Shown piece after piece: positions 1 to 10,125 of a DNA stretch of 64,000 nt. The notes under the pieces are model-generated. The model had not been told where the DNA came from and searched no databases. It saw only the letters and a list, made by a program, of their open reading frames with translations. The first letter of the stretch is position 1. Every line of letters begins with the position of its first letter. The translations under genes were made by a program, and so were the position numbers. Origin of the DNA: a bacterium (GTDB lineage: Bacteria; Patescibacteriota; Minisyncoccia; Phycocordibacterales; UBA9973); NCBI GenBank assembly GCA_021831595.1, contig JAKBMK010000020.1, forward strand, positions 2,801-66,800. The letters run 5' to 3'.

Positions 1-52
1 TTAACTTCAATTACTGTTATCATATGGGGCTTATAGTAACATATCTTATAAT

Positions 53-2011
53 TTATAGCAAATCTTCTGGATCAACATTTATTGAGAAAGAAGGGGAAAG
101 TCTGTATAGGTTTTCTTTTAGATGTTCGCTTATTATTTTCTTGTCATCAGTTAGAAGGGGCCAGAGATTTGGATCTATTTTAATAACAGTATTGGTGACG
201 TATTGGCCTTTAACTTTTCCAATGAAAGCACTGAAAACCTGTGGTTCATAACCTCCTAGGAATTTGTCGATGAAAGTTCGAGCCTTCTCTGTCTCGGCAC
301 CACTTCCTGCGAAAGTTATTTTGATTAATCTCTTGAATGGAGGGTAGCCGTATTGCTTTCTCTCTTTCAAATCTTCGCGATAAAGGGGTAGGACATTTCC
401 ACTCATGATATGCTCGAGAATTGTATTATCTGGACTTCTTGTTTGTATTATTAAATTTCTTTTTGTTATATCATGAAGCTTCTCCATGATGTGGAGAATT
501 TTTTGAGTTATGTTGAAACTAGGAATAGATAGGAGTCCATCGAGAGATATGATAGCACTATGTGTCACCTCTGTATTTATGTATGAGAACATCATTTCTG
601 TTCCGATTAGGATACTGCCTGGATTTTTGTAGAATGAAGTTATTGCCTCATGAGCTTCTTTGTCTGTCGTTATAACTTCCTTATCCATTTGTATAATTTT
701 GGCTTCTGGATATGTTTTTTTGACTTCGTCATAGACTCTATCTGTCCCAATACCGAGAGGAGTAAGATTCCAGCTTTGGCATTCTGCACATCTGACCTCT
801 GTTGTTTCTTTGTGTCCACATTTATTGCACATAAAAATACGTGAATTTACTATTTTTGTAGCATTGCGTTGCTTCGAACCATAGAGAACTACTGGAGTGG
901 AACAATTCGGGCATAGAAGAGTGTAGCCGCAATCATTACACACAGTGACTCCAGCTAAACCTTTTCTAATAGTAAATAGCAAAACAGATTCATTGTGTTC
1001 TAATGCGTATGAAATCATTTTCTTGGTTGTGTTAGATAAAATTGCGAAAGTTTTGGCTCCTTTTTCATCTACTTCATCTTTCATATCTATTACTATCTGT
1101 CTCTCTGCTTGAGGTAAACGAAAGAGTGGTGAAGCAACTTCTCCAAGTTCTCCTTGATCATGTCTGTATAGTGTATCGGGACGTAGAAGTGTATCTCCAA
1201 ATATTAATTTAGTTTTATTAATAGAAGAAAGTATTTCAGCGAAGCTCCGTATATCTACGAAAGGGCGACCAAACTGCTTGTAAGCATCCGAGCTTTCATG
1301 CTCTATTATGATAGTTTTGATATCGTGTCTTGGAATAGAGAGGAACATACCAGTTCCTATTATTAATATAGGATGTGTTTCTTCTATACAAGAATTATAT
1401 GTATTTATAAGGGTTTTCTTGCTTAGATCGCTATGGAAAGAGAAGACGTACTGGCTTATTCCTTTTGTTAATTCACTATTTAGTTGCTCTATATCAAAGC
1501 GGGTAGGAACACAAATGAAAACAGACTCTTTTTTGGCGAAAGCTTCTCTGATTAGAGTTCGGTACCAGCTCAGTCTATCAGGAGTGAGAGCTTGGAAAAT
1601 TAATTTTTCTTGTTTTAAGTTTAAAATTTCTTCACCAGCGATATCATCGTTTGCTCTTGATGTTTTCAAATTTTTTAAATTATCTAGGAAGATTGCAGGA
1701 AGCAAAGATTTTATGATAGTTCCAGTATTGCTGACAGTATAATCTCGCATTTTCTCGCAAGCTTTAAAAAATGCAGGAGAAAAAGGGGAATGTCCTTTCA
1801 CTCCGACAACTTTTTTTAATTGAAAATCTGCATTCTTTAAATCAAATTTCTGATCTCGAGCGTTTTCTACATTAATAACAATGCCATCGATATTTTTAGA
1901 TCGCAATGGGACAGAAATTATACTTCCAAGAGGAATATCATTGGGGGAGAAGTATGAAAGGTTTTCCTTCTGGAACCCCTTTTGTATAGGAATGACCGTT
2001 ACGATATACAT
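53..2011 (-). CDS. priA: primosomal protein N' (replication restart helicase PriA)
   Basis: 652 aa; DEAD/DEAH helicase layout with Cys4 zinc-binding insert (CNDCGYTLLCPNCS...CNKCGH) typical of PriA. Confidence 0.85.
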   Translation of the reverse strand: MYIVTVIPIQKGFQKENLSYFSPNDIPLGSIISVPLRSKNIDGIVINVENARDQKFDLKNADFQLKKVVGVKGHSPFSPAFFKACEKMRDYTVSNTGTIIKSLLPAIFLDNLKNLKTSRANDDIAGEEILNLKQEKLIFQALTPDRLSWYRTLIREAFAKKESVFICVPTRFDIEQLNSELTKGISQYVFSFHSDLSKKTLINTYNSCIEETHPILIIGTGMFLSIPRHDIKTIIIEHESSDAYKQFGRPFVDIRSFAEILSSINKTKLIFGDTLLRPDTLYRHDQGELGEVASPLFRLPQAERQIVIDMKDEVDEKGAKTFAILSNTTKKMISYALEHNESVLLFTIRKGLAGVTVCNDCGYTLLCPNCSTPVVLYGSKQRNATKIVNSRIFMCNKCGHKETTEVRCAECQSWNLTPLGIGTDRVYDEVKKTYPEAKIIQMDKEVITTDKEAHEAITSFYKNPGSILIGTEMMFSYINTEVTHSAIISLDGLLSIPSFNITQKILHIMEKLHDITKRNLIIQTRSPDNTILEHIMSGNVLPLYREDLKERKQYGYPPFKRLIKITFAGSGAETEKARTFIDKFLGGYEPQVFSAFIGKVKGQYVTNTVIKIDPNLWPLLTDDKKIISEHLKENLYRLSPSFSINVDPEDLL

Positions 2012-2126
2012 CCCGTACGAAGCAGGTCGCGGTCATCATTTTATAAATAAACCGAATCTGCTGTAATTAATTTACTAATATACTTTAAATTATGTTATAT
2101 CCCGTGACCGCGGTTTCGTACGGGAT
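2010..2126. repeat. 117-bp element bounded by 14-bp inverted repeat ATCCCGTACGAAGC / (G)TTTCGTACGGGAT, copy A
   Basis: 5' arm 2010-2023 overlaps the priA start codon (2009-2011 on the minus strand); 3' arm 2114-2126; the interior is AT-rich and unrelated to copy B. Confidence 0.7.
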
Positions 2127-2206
2127 ACATACTTATATGTTAGCACAAAATAGTATATTTTAAACATTTAATTTTTTATGATATAGTTCTATTATCAAAC
2201 AATCAT

Positions 2207-3220
2207 ATGGCTTTATTTTCTAAAAAATTAGGGATTGATTTGGGGACAGCAAATACCCTTGTATATCTACCTGGTAAGGGGGTAGTTTTGAATGAGCCGT
2301 CAGTCGTAGCTGTGTCTGAACAAGACAACACCATTTTGGCTATTGGACTTGAAGCCAAAGAGATGATTGGTAAAACCCCAGAGAGTATCATCGTATATCG
2401 TCCAATGAAAGACGGTGTGATTGCTGATTATAGAGTGACAGAAGCAATGCTTCGTTATTTCATAACTAAAACTTTGGGAAAATATAATTTATTCAAACCA
2501 GATGTCATGGTCTCAGTCCCAGCTGGAATAACTTCTACTGAGCGTCGTGCTGTGGTAGAGGCAGCAGTGAAAGCTGGAGCTGCCAATGCTTATGTCGTGA
2601 AGGAGCCAATATTGGCGGCGATAGGAGCAGGTATACCAATTCATGAATCAAAAGGGCACATGATTATGGATATAGGTGGGGGAACAACTGACGTGGCAGT
2701 TATTGCTCTTGGAGGCATTGTGGCTTCTACTTCTGTAAAATGTGCTGGAGATAAAATAGATCAAGCAATTGCCGACTATATAAAGAAGACTTTTAATCTC
2801 GCTATTGGTGACAGAACAGCTGAAGCAATAAAGATAAAAATAGGAGCTGCTATTCCACTAGAAGAAGAACTTACAATTACTATAAAAGGCCGCGATTTCA
2901 TACAAGGTTTACCTAGAACAGCTCAGATTTCTACAAATGAAATAGTGAGAGCTATAGATAGAGAGTTACGCACAATGATAAGTGCCATAAAGGACGTTTT
3001 GTCGCAAACTCCACCCGAATTATCTTCCGATATTATTGATGACGGTATAATAATGACAGGAGGATCATCGCTTCTCAGAAATTTATCAGAACTCATATAT
3101 AGGCGAACAGGCGTAAAGGCTCGAGTAGCAGATGAAGCGATACTCTGCGTTGCGAAAGGTACAGGGGAAGCACTAAACCATTTAGACACATACAAAAAGA
3201 CAATAATAAGTAAAAGATGA
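2207..3220 (+). CDS. mreB: rod shape-determining protein MreB
   Basis: 337 aa; GIDLGTANTLVY, DIGGGTTD actin-fold motifs; TGA stop overlaps the next ATG. Confidence 0.93.
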   Translation: MALFSKKLGIDLGTANTLVYLPGKGVVLNEPSVVAVSEQDNTILAIGLEAKEMIGKTPESIIVYRPMKDGVIADYRVTEAMLRYFITKTLGKYNLFKPDVMVSVPAGITSTERRAVVEAAVKAGAANAYVVKEPILAAIGAGIPIHESKGHMIMDIGGGTTDVAVIALGGIVASTSVKCAGDKIDQAIADYIKKTFNLAIGDRTAEAIKIKIGAAIPLEEELTITIKGRDFIQGLPRTAQISTNEIVRAIDRELRTMISAIKDVLSQTPPELSSDIIDDGIIMTGGSSLLRNLSELIYRRTGVKARVADEAILCVAKGTGEALNHLDTYKKTIISKR

Positions 3221-4335
3221 AAATTTTAAAAAATAAAAGTATATTTGAAATTATCTTAATAATAACATTTTTTGGATTAGCCATAGTTGGGCTAGTATTT
3301 TCTGTGGTCTTTGTGGCGATGAGATTACATTTAACGGATGTTAAAGGAAGTATTGATGCTAGGAATGAATATTTTAAAGAGATACAAGATACAACAGCCA
3401 AGATTTCTACTATAGACAAAACGGAGAACGAACTAAATATAAGAAGGGTTAATGCGGAAGTTGAGTGCAAAATTATTACCGTTTTGTCTGATTTCCCTAT
3501 AAATGGACAAAAAATCCTCGATACTTATATTAAGACCAAAGATCAGACTCTCGTTCTCAAAATGGTTGATGCTTTGGTGTCAGTCACGGCTTATGATAAT
3601 TCCTTGAAGGACAAAATAGATCGATGTACCTTTATGGCGAAGAATAATTTGTCTAAAAATGATAGTTTGAGCAATCAAGATATATTCAACTGGATATCAT
3701 CTTCTGAATGGATAACCCTAAGAGATGCATTAATAAAAGATAAAGACAATATTTTGGAAGCTAGTCGTGTGTCTGGGGTGCCAGCTAGAACGATAGTCGC
3801 AACCGTTATCTCAGAACAGTTTAGATTCTTTACTGCAAACAGAGAATCATATAAAAAGTTTTTTGAACCTTTGAAAATTTTGGGCAATGGGACAAAATTC
3901 TCTTATGGAGTAGCTGGAGTAAAATTTGAAACTGCTAGAATGATTGAAAACAATTTAAAAGATAAAAATAGTCCATATTATCTCGGTTATGCCTATGAAA
4001 ATGTTTTGGATTATACAGACCAGAATACAGATGCAGTGCTGATGGATAGACTTACCAACAAGGATAATCATTATTACTCATATCTCTATACAGGTCTCTT
4101 TTTGAAGCAAATAATGAATCAATGGAAGAATGCTAGCTATCCTATCGGTGATCGTCCAGAAGTGCTATCTACCTTATTTAATCTAGGTTTTAATAAGTCT
4201 ACGCCAAAAGAAAATCCAGATATTGGAGGGTCTACTATTACTATAAATGGCCGTGATTATACCTTTGGCGGACTTTCTTATGAGTTCTACTATTCTGGAG
4301 AACTTTCCGAAATTTTCCCTTTCGCGGTACAATAG
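3217..4335 (+). CDS. hypothetical membrane-anchored protein (positionally MreC-like, unverified)
   Basis: 372 aa; N-terminal TM helix, coiled-coil segment; ATGA overlap with mreB implies translational coupling. Confidence 0.5.
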   Translation: MKILKNKSIFEIILIITFFGLAIVGLVFSVVFVAMRLHLTDVKGSIDARNEYFKEIQDTTAKISTIDKTENELNIRRVNAEVECKIITVLSDFPINGQKILDTYIKTKDQTLVLKMVDALVSVTAYDNSLKDKIDRCTFMAKNNLSKNDSLSNQDIFNWISSSEWITLRDALIKDKDNILEASRVSGVPARTIVATVISEQFRFFTANRESYKKFFEPLKILGNGTKFSYGVAGVKFETARMIENNLKDKNSPYYLGYAYENVLDYTDQNTDAVLMDRLTNKDNHYYSYLYTGLFLKQIMNQWKNASYPIGDRPEVLSTLFNLGFNKSTPKENPDIGGSTITINGRDYTFGGLSYEFYYSGELSEIFPFAVQ

Positions 4336-4339
4336 TCTT

Positions 4340-5038
4340 ATGAATAATTTCAGTCAATTATTCCCAGAGAATTTGTATCATAGTTATGTGATAGAAGGCG
4401 ATCCTCTCGAGATTGTTTATCTTCTTCGTATATATTTAGAAGAGAGAGGTGATGTGAATAAATATAGTCCTGATGTCATGCTAAACCTCTATGATGCTTT
4501 TAATATTGAAGATGGTCATAAATTGAAAGAATGGTACAAGAATAAACCCGTCGATGGAAAGAAAAAGATATGTATCCTCGGTGCCAAGTTTATCAATCGT
4601 GAAGCAGAGCAAGCCTTACTTAAAATTATAGAAGAGCCGACAGCTGAAACACACTTCTTCATCGTTGTACCTGATTCATCGCTTCTTCTTGGTACAATAC
4701 TTTCTCGTGTTCATTTGATAAAGAATTTGAAAAGCGATAACAAATTCGAAGACAAAATAGCCGGAGAGTTTATTAAAGCTAGTCCAAAAGAAAGAATTGA
4801 AAAAGTGGCCGAGATAATAAAAGAATTTAAAGATAATGAGAACAGTGGGGGACTCCGATATTATTCAATATCTTTAATAAACGGGATAGAGAGGATTGTT
4901 TATGAGAAATGGAAGAAAGATTTGAATAGTGGAGAATTAAAGTTTATTTTGGGTGAATTAAAAAATTGTAGGGGTTATCTCTCTACTCCTGGTGCTGCTG
5001 TCAAAATGATTTTGGAGCACGTCGCTCTTGTGGTATAA
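4340..5038 (+). CDS. holB: DNA polymerase III delta-prime subunit-like clamp-loader protein
   Basis: AAA+ clamp-loader-like; LGTILSRV (SRC-type motif) and EEPTAETHFFIV box; start moved to ATG 4340 just after the upstream stop. Confidence 0.6.
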   Translation: MNNFSQLFPENLYHSYVIEGDPLEIVYLLRIYLEERGDVNKYSPDVMLNLYDAFNIEDGHKLKEWYKNKPVDGKKKICILGAKFINREAEQALLKIIEEPTAETHFFIVVPDSSLLLGTILSRVHLIKNLKSDNKFEDKIAGEFIKASPKERIEKVAEIIKEFKDNENSGGLRYYSISLINGIERIVYEKWKKDLNSGELKFILGELKNCRGYLSTPGAAVKMILEHVALVV

Positions 5039-5047
5039 TATAAGCAT

Positions 5048-5584
5048 ATGGCATACAATACAACAAATTTTAAGACAAAATTAAAAGGGGCAGAAGAATG
5101 GCTTTCAAAGGAGTATGGTTCTGTACATACAGGCAGAGCAACTCCACTTATTCTTGACTCTGTTATGGTAGAAAGTTATGGAACATACATGCCCATCAAG
5201 AATGTGGCTAGTGTGTCTATCGAAGATCCAAAGACGCTTCGAATCGCTCCATGGGATAAGAGTCAGATCAAAGCGCTTGAAAGTGCTATCTCTGCAGCTA
5301 ATCTAGGACTTTCGGTGGTATCAGATAGTGACGGAGTTCGTGCTATCTTTCCAATGCTTACTACAGAGAACCGCAGCAAGCTTGTAAAAATATTGAAAGA
5401 AAAGCTAGAAGATGCTCGCATCAGTGTTCGCAAAGAAAGACAAGCCGAGATAGACTCGACTTCAGGATTACCAGAAGATGAAGCCAAAAGAGCAAAGGAT
5501 GATATCCAGAAATGTGTAGATGAAGCCAACAACAACCTTGAAGCAATCTTTTCTAAAAAAGAAACAGATCTAATGAATAATTAA
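5048..5584 (+). CDS. frr: ribosome recycling factor
   Basis: 178 aa; full-length match to RRF (NVASVSIEDPKTLRIAPWD...). Confidence 0.92.
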   Translation: MAYNTTNFKTKLKGAEEWLSKEYGSVHTGRATPLILDSVMVESYGTYMPIKNVASVSIEDPKTLRIAPWDKSQIKALESAISAANLGLSVVSDSDGVRAIFPMLTTENRSKLVKILKEKLEDARISVRKERQAEIDSTSGLPEDEAKRAKDDIQKCVDEANNNLEAIFSKKETDLMNN

Positions 5585-5587
5585 ATT

Positions 5588-5626
5588 AAAACCTCTAGAT
5601 TATAATCTAGAGGTTTTAATTTAATC
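5588..5626. terminator. intrinsic terminator inside a 44-bp perfect palindrome (5581-5624)
   Basis: aaaacctctagat-tata-atctagaggtttt followed by a T-rich tail immediately after the frr stop. Confidence 0.6.
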
Positions 5627-5637
5627 TAAATATCAAT

Positions 5638-6747
5638 TTGTGGTATGATGGCTTCATGTCAATCATAATTTTTATTGTTATTTTATTAGTATTAGTTGTT
5701 TCCCATGAATTTGGACACTTTATAGTGGCGAAAAAGTCTGGAATCAGGGTAGACGAATTTTCCTTTGGCTTTCCTCCTAAAATTTATGGAAAGAAAGTAG
5801 GAGAAACGACCTATAATCTCAACGCTCTTCCTTTTGGTGGATATGTGAAAATTTTCGGAGAAAATGGTGATGATCCAGATGTAAGCGAAGAAGATAAAAA
5901 AAGAAGTTTTGTAAATAAACCAAGATATATTCAGGCCGCAGTCTTGGTCGCTGGTGTTGTGATGAATTTCCTAGTAGCCTGGCTTTTGCTCTCTGTTGGT
6001 TTTATGTCGGGGCTTCCTTCTTCTGTTAGTATGGCTCCTAGTGGATCAAATATAGACAATAGGTATATAACAGTTACGAATGTGGTGAAGAGTAGTCCTG
6101 CAGAGATAGGAGGACTAAAGACAGGTGATAAATTATTGAAACTAGTAACCCCTAAAGATTATACAGAAGTTTCTTCAGCAGAAAGTGTTCAGTACTTTGT
6201 CAAAAAGCATGCTGGTGAGTCTATTAAAATAGAGTATTTAAGAGGCAAGGAAAACAAAGAAACAGAAGTTACTCCGATAAACAACAAGGAAGGTGTCCCA
6301 GCGATAGGTATTGCGATGGATACAATAGGTACTCTCAAATTGCCAATCCATAAAGCTGTTTGGGAAGGATTGAAGCTTACAACAGATATTACGATAAGTA
6401 CGGCTGTGGGATTCTATAACTTGATAAGTCAGGCAGTTGTAGGTAAGGCAGATATGTCGTCTGTCACAGGACCTGTCGGAATCGTCGGAGTTGTCGGAGA
6501 TGCAGCTTCGTTTGGATTCATATATTTGCTTTCTTTCACTGCTCTCATATCTATAAACTTGGCAGTTATAAACTTGCTCCCATTTCCAGCTCTTGATGGA
6601 GGTAGACTTCTCTTCCTTTTGATAGAGAAAATAAAGGGTTCACGTATTAAACCTGAAATTGGGAATTTGATAAATATGATAGGTTTTGGGTTACTTATGG
6701 TATTGATGGTTTTCATCACTTATCACGATATTGTTAAGTTGTTTTAA
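5638..6747 (+). CDS. rseP: RIP zinc metalloprotease RseP (site-2 protease)
   Basis: HEFGHF zinc motif in TM1, central PDZ domain, C-terminal LDGG motif. Confidence 0.9.
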   Translation: MWYDGFMSIIIFIVILLVLVVSHEFGHFIVAKKSGIRVDEFSFGFPPKIYGKKVGETTYNLNALPFGGYVKIFGENGDDPDVSEEDKKRSFVNKPRYIQAAVLVAGVVMNFLVAWLLLSVGFMSGLPSSVSMAPSGSNIDNRYITVTNVVKSSPAEIGGLKTGDKLLKLVTPKDYTEVSSAESVQYFVKKHAGESIKIEYLRGKENKETEVTPINNKEGVPAIGIAMDTIGTLKLPIHKAVWEGLKLTTDITISTAVGFYNLISQAVVGKADMSSVTGPVGIVGVVGDAASFGFIYLLSFTALISINLAVINLLPFPALDGGRLLFLLIEKIKGSRIKPEIGNLINMIGFGLLMVLMVFITYHDIVKLF

Positions 6748-6756
6748 ATGTCACAG

Positions 6757-6795
6757 AAAACCCCGCTCTGATAAATGTCGGAGCGGGGTTTTTAT
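6757..6795 (+). terminator. rho-independent terminator
   Basis: ccccgctc-N12-gagcgggg stem followed by tttttatt. Confidence 0.8.
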
Positions 6796-6878
6796 TTACA
6801 AAATCAGAAAAGTATGATAAAGTATACGTAGCTCGCCACAAGGCGATTTTATTTTTAAACTAAAAAGAATTTACAATA

Positions 6879-8699
6879 ATGAAACCAAACGAAATCCGAA
6901 ATATAGCTATAATCGCCCACGTTGACCATGGGAAAACAACTCTGACTGACCAACTCATGAAGCAATGCGGAATGGTGGAGGAAGGGGTTTCTATGGATTC
7001 CAATGCTCTAGAACTTGAACGTGGTATAACTATTTATTCAAAAAATACATCTGTTAACTATAAAGGAACAAAAATAAACATTGTGGACACACCAGGCCAC
7101 GCGGATTTCGGATCTGAAGTTGAACGTGTTCTCCGTGCCATTGATTCTGTTTTGTTACTTGTAGATGCTCAAGAAGGGCCAATGCCTCAGACGAGATTTG
7201 TTCTCAAGAAATCTCTTGAATTAGGTCTAAAACCTATAGTTGTTATAAACAAAATAGACAAGCCGGCCGCAAATCCTGATCGTGTTCACGAAGAAGTCCT
7301 TGAATTATTCATGGAGCTTGGTGCAACCGACGAGCAAATCGATTTCAAAACTATATATGCGATAGGTCGCGAAGGCAAGGCCTTCGCAAAACTAGGTGAT
7401 GAGTCTAAAGATCTTACTCCGCTTCTTGATCTAATTCTTTCTGACGTCAAAGAAGCTTCGAGTGTAGAAGATCGTCCTTTCCAAGCCCAAGTGTTCAACC
7501 TAGGCTATGATAACTTCATGGGGCGTTTAGCTATTGTTCGTGTTTATACAGGTATGGTTAAAACTGGATCAACTATCATAGTGAAGAATGTAGATGGTAC
7601 ATCAAGAAATGCTCGTATTTCCAAAATGTTTACATTTGAAGGTATTAATAGAAAAGAAGTTGATGTTATAACTTCTGGAGATATCGCTCTCATTGCTGGA
7701 ATTCCTGATGTGTATATCGGCGAGACTATTTGCGATAATATAGACACTGAAACTCTACCTTCTATCGCTATTGATGAACCAACCATCTCTCTAAATTTCT
7801 TGGTGAATGATTCACCTTTCTGTGGACGCGAAGGTAAATATGTTACAAGTCGCCAAATCAGAGAGCGGTTAGAGAAAGAGCTTGAAATAAATGTGGGTTT
7901 AAAAATTAATTTTGATGGTACTGATCAAGAAGAACAGCAAGAAGGATATTTAGTATACGGAAGAGGGGAACTCCATATTGCAATCTTGCTTGAGAATATG
8001 CGTCGCGAAGGATATGAACTTCAAGTCTCTCAACCTCACGTAATTATCAAAGAGGAAAATGGCAAACAATTAGAACCTTACGAAGAAGTGACTATAGATG
8101 TTCGAAGTGATGTTTCTGGAGCAGTAATAGAGAAACTCACAGCTCGTCGTGGACTTATCACAAGTATGCATGAAAAGGATGGAATAGTCCGAATGCTCAT
8201 GGAGATTCCTACGAGAGGTTTACTTGGATACAGAGGACAATTCGTCGTCGATACTAGAGGAGAAGGATTAATCGCTTCTCGTTTTATTGGATTTAAAGAT
8301 TATGCTGGAGAAATAAAGAAGAGGGATGTGGGTTCGATGACTTCTATGATTACTGGTAAGGTCGCTGCTTTTTCACTTTGGACTTTGCAAGAAAGAGGAA
8401 TACTATACGTTGAACATGGAGATGAAGTTTACGAAGGTATGGTTATTGGTAATGTTACGAAAGGAGACGAGATGGTTGTAAACCCAACAAAGGGGAAACA
8501 ACTTTCCAATATGCGTGCTTCTGGTTCTGATGAAGCAATAAACGTAAAACCACCATACAAACTCTCTATCGAGCGAGGACTTGAGATAATGGCAGATGAT
8601 GAATTCCTTGAAATTACACCAAAGAATACTCGTTTGCGCAAGAAATTACTAACAGAGCAAGACAGAGCAAAAGCTAAAACAGCAGCTAGTAAGAAGTAA
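6879..8699 (+). CDS. typA: translational GTPase TypA/BipA
   Basis: 606 aa; AHVDHGKTT G1, DTPGHADF G3, NKIDK G4; EF-G-like domains. Confidence 0.92.
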   Translation: MKPNEIRNIAIIAHVDHGKTTLTDQLMKQCGMVEEGVSMDSNALELERGITIYSKNTSVNYKGTKINIVDTPGHADFGSEVERVLRAIDSVLLLVDAQEGPMPQTRFVLKKSLELGLKPIVVINKIDKPAANPDRVHEEVLELFMELGATDEQIDFKTIYAIGREGKAFAKLGDESKDLTPLLDLILSDVKEASSVEDRPFQAQVFNLGYDNFMGRLAIVRVYTGMVKTGSTIIVKNVDGTSRNARISKMFTFEGINRKEVDVITSGDIALIAGIPDVYIGETICDNIDTETLPSIAIDEPTISLNFLVNDSPFCGREGKYVTSRQIRERLEKELEINVGLKINFDGTDQEEQQEGYLVYGRGELHIAILLENMRREGYELQVSQPHVIIKEENGKQLEPYEEVTIDVRSDVSGAVIEKLTARRGLITSMHEKDGIVRMLMEIPTRGLLGYRGQFVVDTRGEGLIASRFIGFKDYAGEIKKRDVGSMTSMITGKVAAFSLWTLQERGILYVEHGDEVYEGMVIGNVTKGDEMVVNPTKGKQLSNMRASGSDEAINVKPPYKLSIERGLEIMADDEFLEITPKNTRLRKKLLTEQDRAKAKTAASKK

Positions 8700-8732
8700 A
8701 AAAGCTTTATTTTAAAGGATTTGTAGAAAAAT

Positions 8733-8761
8733 TTGACTTTATTTGATAGTAATGATATTAT
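8733..8761 (+). promoter_or_regulatory. sigma70-type promoter (TTGACT-17-TATTAT)
   Basis: -35 at 8733-8738, 17-nt spacer, -10 at 8756-8761; 42 nt upstream of the ATG at 8804. Confidence 0.5.
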
Positions 8762-8803
8762 CAAAAAACAGAATAATAAATTATTAATTTAATTGAAAAG
8801 ACA

Positions 8804-9835
8804 ATGGCAAATACTATAACATTCAAACCTAAACAAGTTACCAAGAAAATACTTTCAAATTTACCCACACGCGCTTACGACGTAGTCGTGAATCGTTTTG
8901 GAATTACCACAGATGGAGAAAGAAAGACATTAGAAGCTATCGGTAAAAAGTATGGTATCACTCGTGAACGTGTACGTCAGATAGAAAATTCTGCCTTGTC
9001 TCTAATTCGCAAAAGTGACGCATTCAAAAGTGAAAAAGCTGTTTTCGAAGAGTTAAAGAGTCTCATGCATACTATGGGAGCTATTGTCTCAGAACATGAT
9101 TTCCTTAATCATCTCTCGAAAGATAAAATAACTCAGAACAATATTCATCTCTTCATGACTCTTAGTGATGAATTCACAAAACACAAAGAAGATGCACATT
9201 TCAAAACTCGTTGGAGTGTAGACGCAGAAGTTTCTGACAAGATTCACAAATCTCTTAAAAATCTATTTGAAAATCTCTCTGATAATGAATTAATCTCTGA
9301 AGGAGAATTAGTTGCAAAGTTCTTAGAAGAAGTCAAAGACTTGGCTGATAAATACAAGAATGAAGAGATAGCAAAGAGATGGCTCTCAATATCCAAGACC
9401 TTGAACAAGAATCCTCTTGGTGAATGGGGTAAATCTACTTCATCTTCTATTAAGGCTCGTGGAGTTAAAGATTATGCATTCCTAATGATGAGAAAGCATG
9501 GATCTCCTATGCACTTTAGAGAAGTTGCAAAGGCTGTCGCCAATACTTTTGATAAGAAGTGCCACACAGCAACTTGCCACAACGAACTTATAAAAGATCC
9601 TCGCTTTGTTTTGGTTGGACGCGGAATCTATGCTTTATCTGAATGGGGTTATAAGTCTGGAGTTGTACGTGATGTCATCAATGAACTTCTAAAGAAGAAT
9701 GGTCCAATGAGTAAAGATGATATTGTGGATCAAGTAATGAAGGAGAGATACTTGAAGAAGAATACAATCCTAGTCAATTTACAAAACGCAAAATATTTTA
9801 AGAAGAATAAATCAGGACTTTATACAGCAGTTTAA
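8804..9835 (+). CDS. DNA-binding protein with sigma-70 region-4-like HTH
   Basis: 343 aa; LEAIGKKYGITRERVRQIENSALSLIRK resembles sigma70 region 4.2; the rest is uncharacterised. Confidence 0.55.
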   Translation: MANTITFKPKQVTKKILSNLPTRAYDVVVNRFGITTDGERKTLEAIGKKYGITRERVRQIENSALSLIRKSDAFKSEKAVFEELKSLMHTMGAIVSEHDFLNHLSKDKITQNNIHLFMTLSDEFTKHKEDAHFKTRWSVDAEVSDKIHKSLKNLFENLSDNELISEGELVAKFLEEVKDLADKYKNEEIAKRWLSISKTLNKNPLGEWGKSTSSSIKARGVKDYAFLMMRKHGSPMHFREVAKAVANTFDKKCHTATCHNELIKDPRFVLVGRGIYALSEWGYKSGVVRDVINELLKKNGPMSKDDIVDQVMKERYLKKNTILVNLQNAKYFKKNKSGLYTAV

Positions 9836-9840
9836 AAAAA

Positions 9841-9873
9841 TCCCGCGAATCGCAAGATCCGCGGGATTTTTGT
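9841..9873 (+). terminator. rho-independent terminator
   Basis: tcccgcg-N12-cgcggga followed by ttttt. Confidence 0.8.
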
Positions 9874-9984
9874 TTGTAAAATTTCCTAAATTAACTTCGA
9901 GGTGTTATATGGAATACCATATAGCAACAGCATTCGGACATTACACAAATGAATAATCGTTCATTTGCGTATGTTCCTCATTTG

Positions 9985-9993
9985 TTGCTATAA
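9985..9993 (+). promoter_or_regulatory. extended -10 element TGCTATAAT
   Basis: TGnTATAAT lies 7 nt upstream of ATG 10001, which would give a leaderless transcript. Confidence 0.35.
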
Positions 9994-10000
9994 TAGAGGC

Positions 10001-10105
10001 ATGAACAATCGAGGTTTTGCAAATATTCTTTTAATTCTTTTAGGCATAATAATGATTGCGATAATTTTAGGATTTTTCACTTCATCTAATTTAAGAGTTT
10101 GGTAA
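10001..10105 (+). CDS. 34-aa hydrophobic small membrane peptide (candidate)
   Basis: MNNRGFANILLILLGIIMIAIILGFFTSSNLRVW; single TM; below the ORF-track size cutoff. Confidence 0.3.
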   Translation: MNNRGFANILLILLGIIMIAIILGFFTSSNLRVW

Positions 10106-10125
10106 ATAACATAGACTAAATAAAC

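Noticed and set aside
4247-4339. ORF-track start of the holB-like gene at 4247, overlapping the upstream ORF by 89 nt
   Set aside because: The in-frame ATG at 4340, immediately after the upstream stop, gives a conventional non-overlapping start and a conserved N-terminus.
5581-5624. 44-bp perfect palindrome after frr as a mobile element or restriction-related site
   Set aside because: It is a single copy in the window, sits at a gene 3' end with a T-rich tail, and is most simply a bidirectional terminator.
2923-8764. Numerous 60-190-aa antisense or overlapping ORFs inside mreB, rseP, typA and elsewhere (for example 2923-3195, 3093-3470, 6429-6719, 7286-7498, 17543-18121, 48197-48730)
   Set aside because: They lie antisense to or out of frame within well-supported conserved genes, have low-complexity composition, and have no independent signals.
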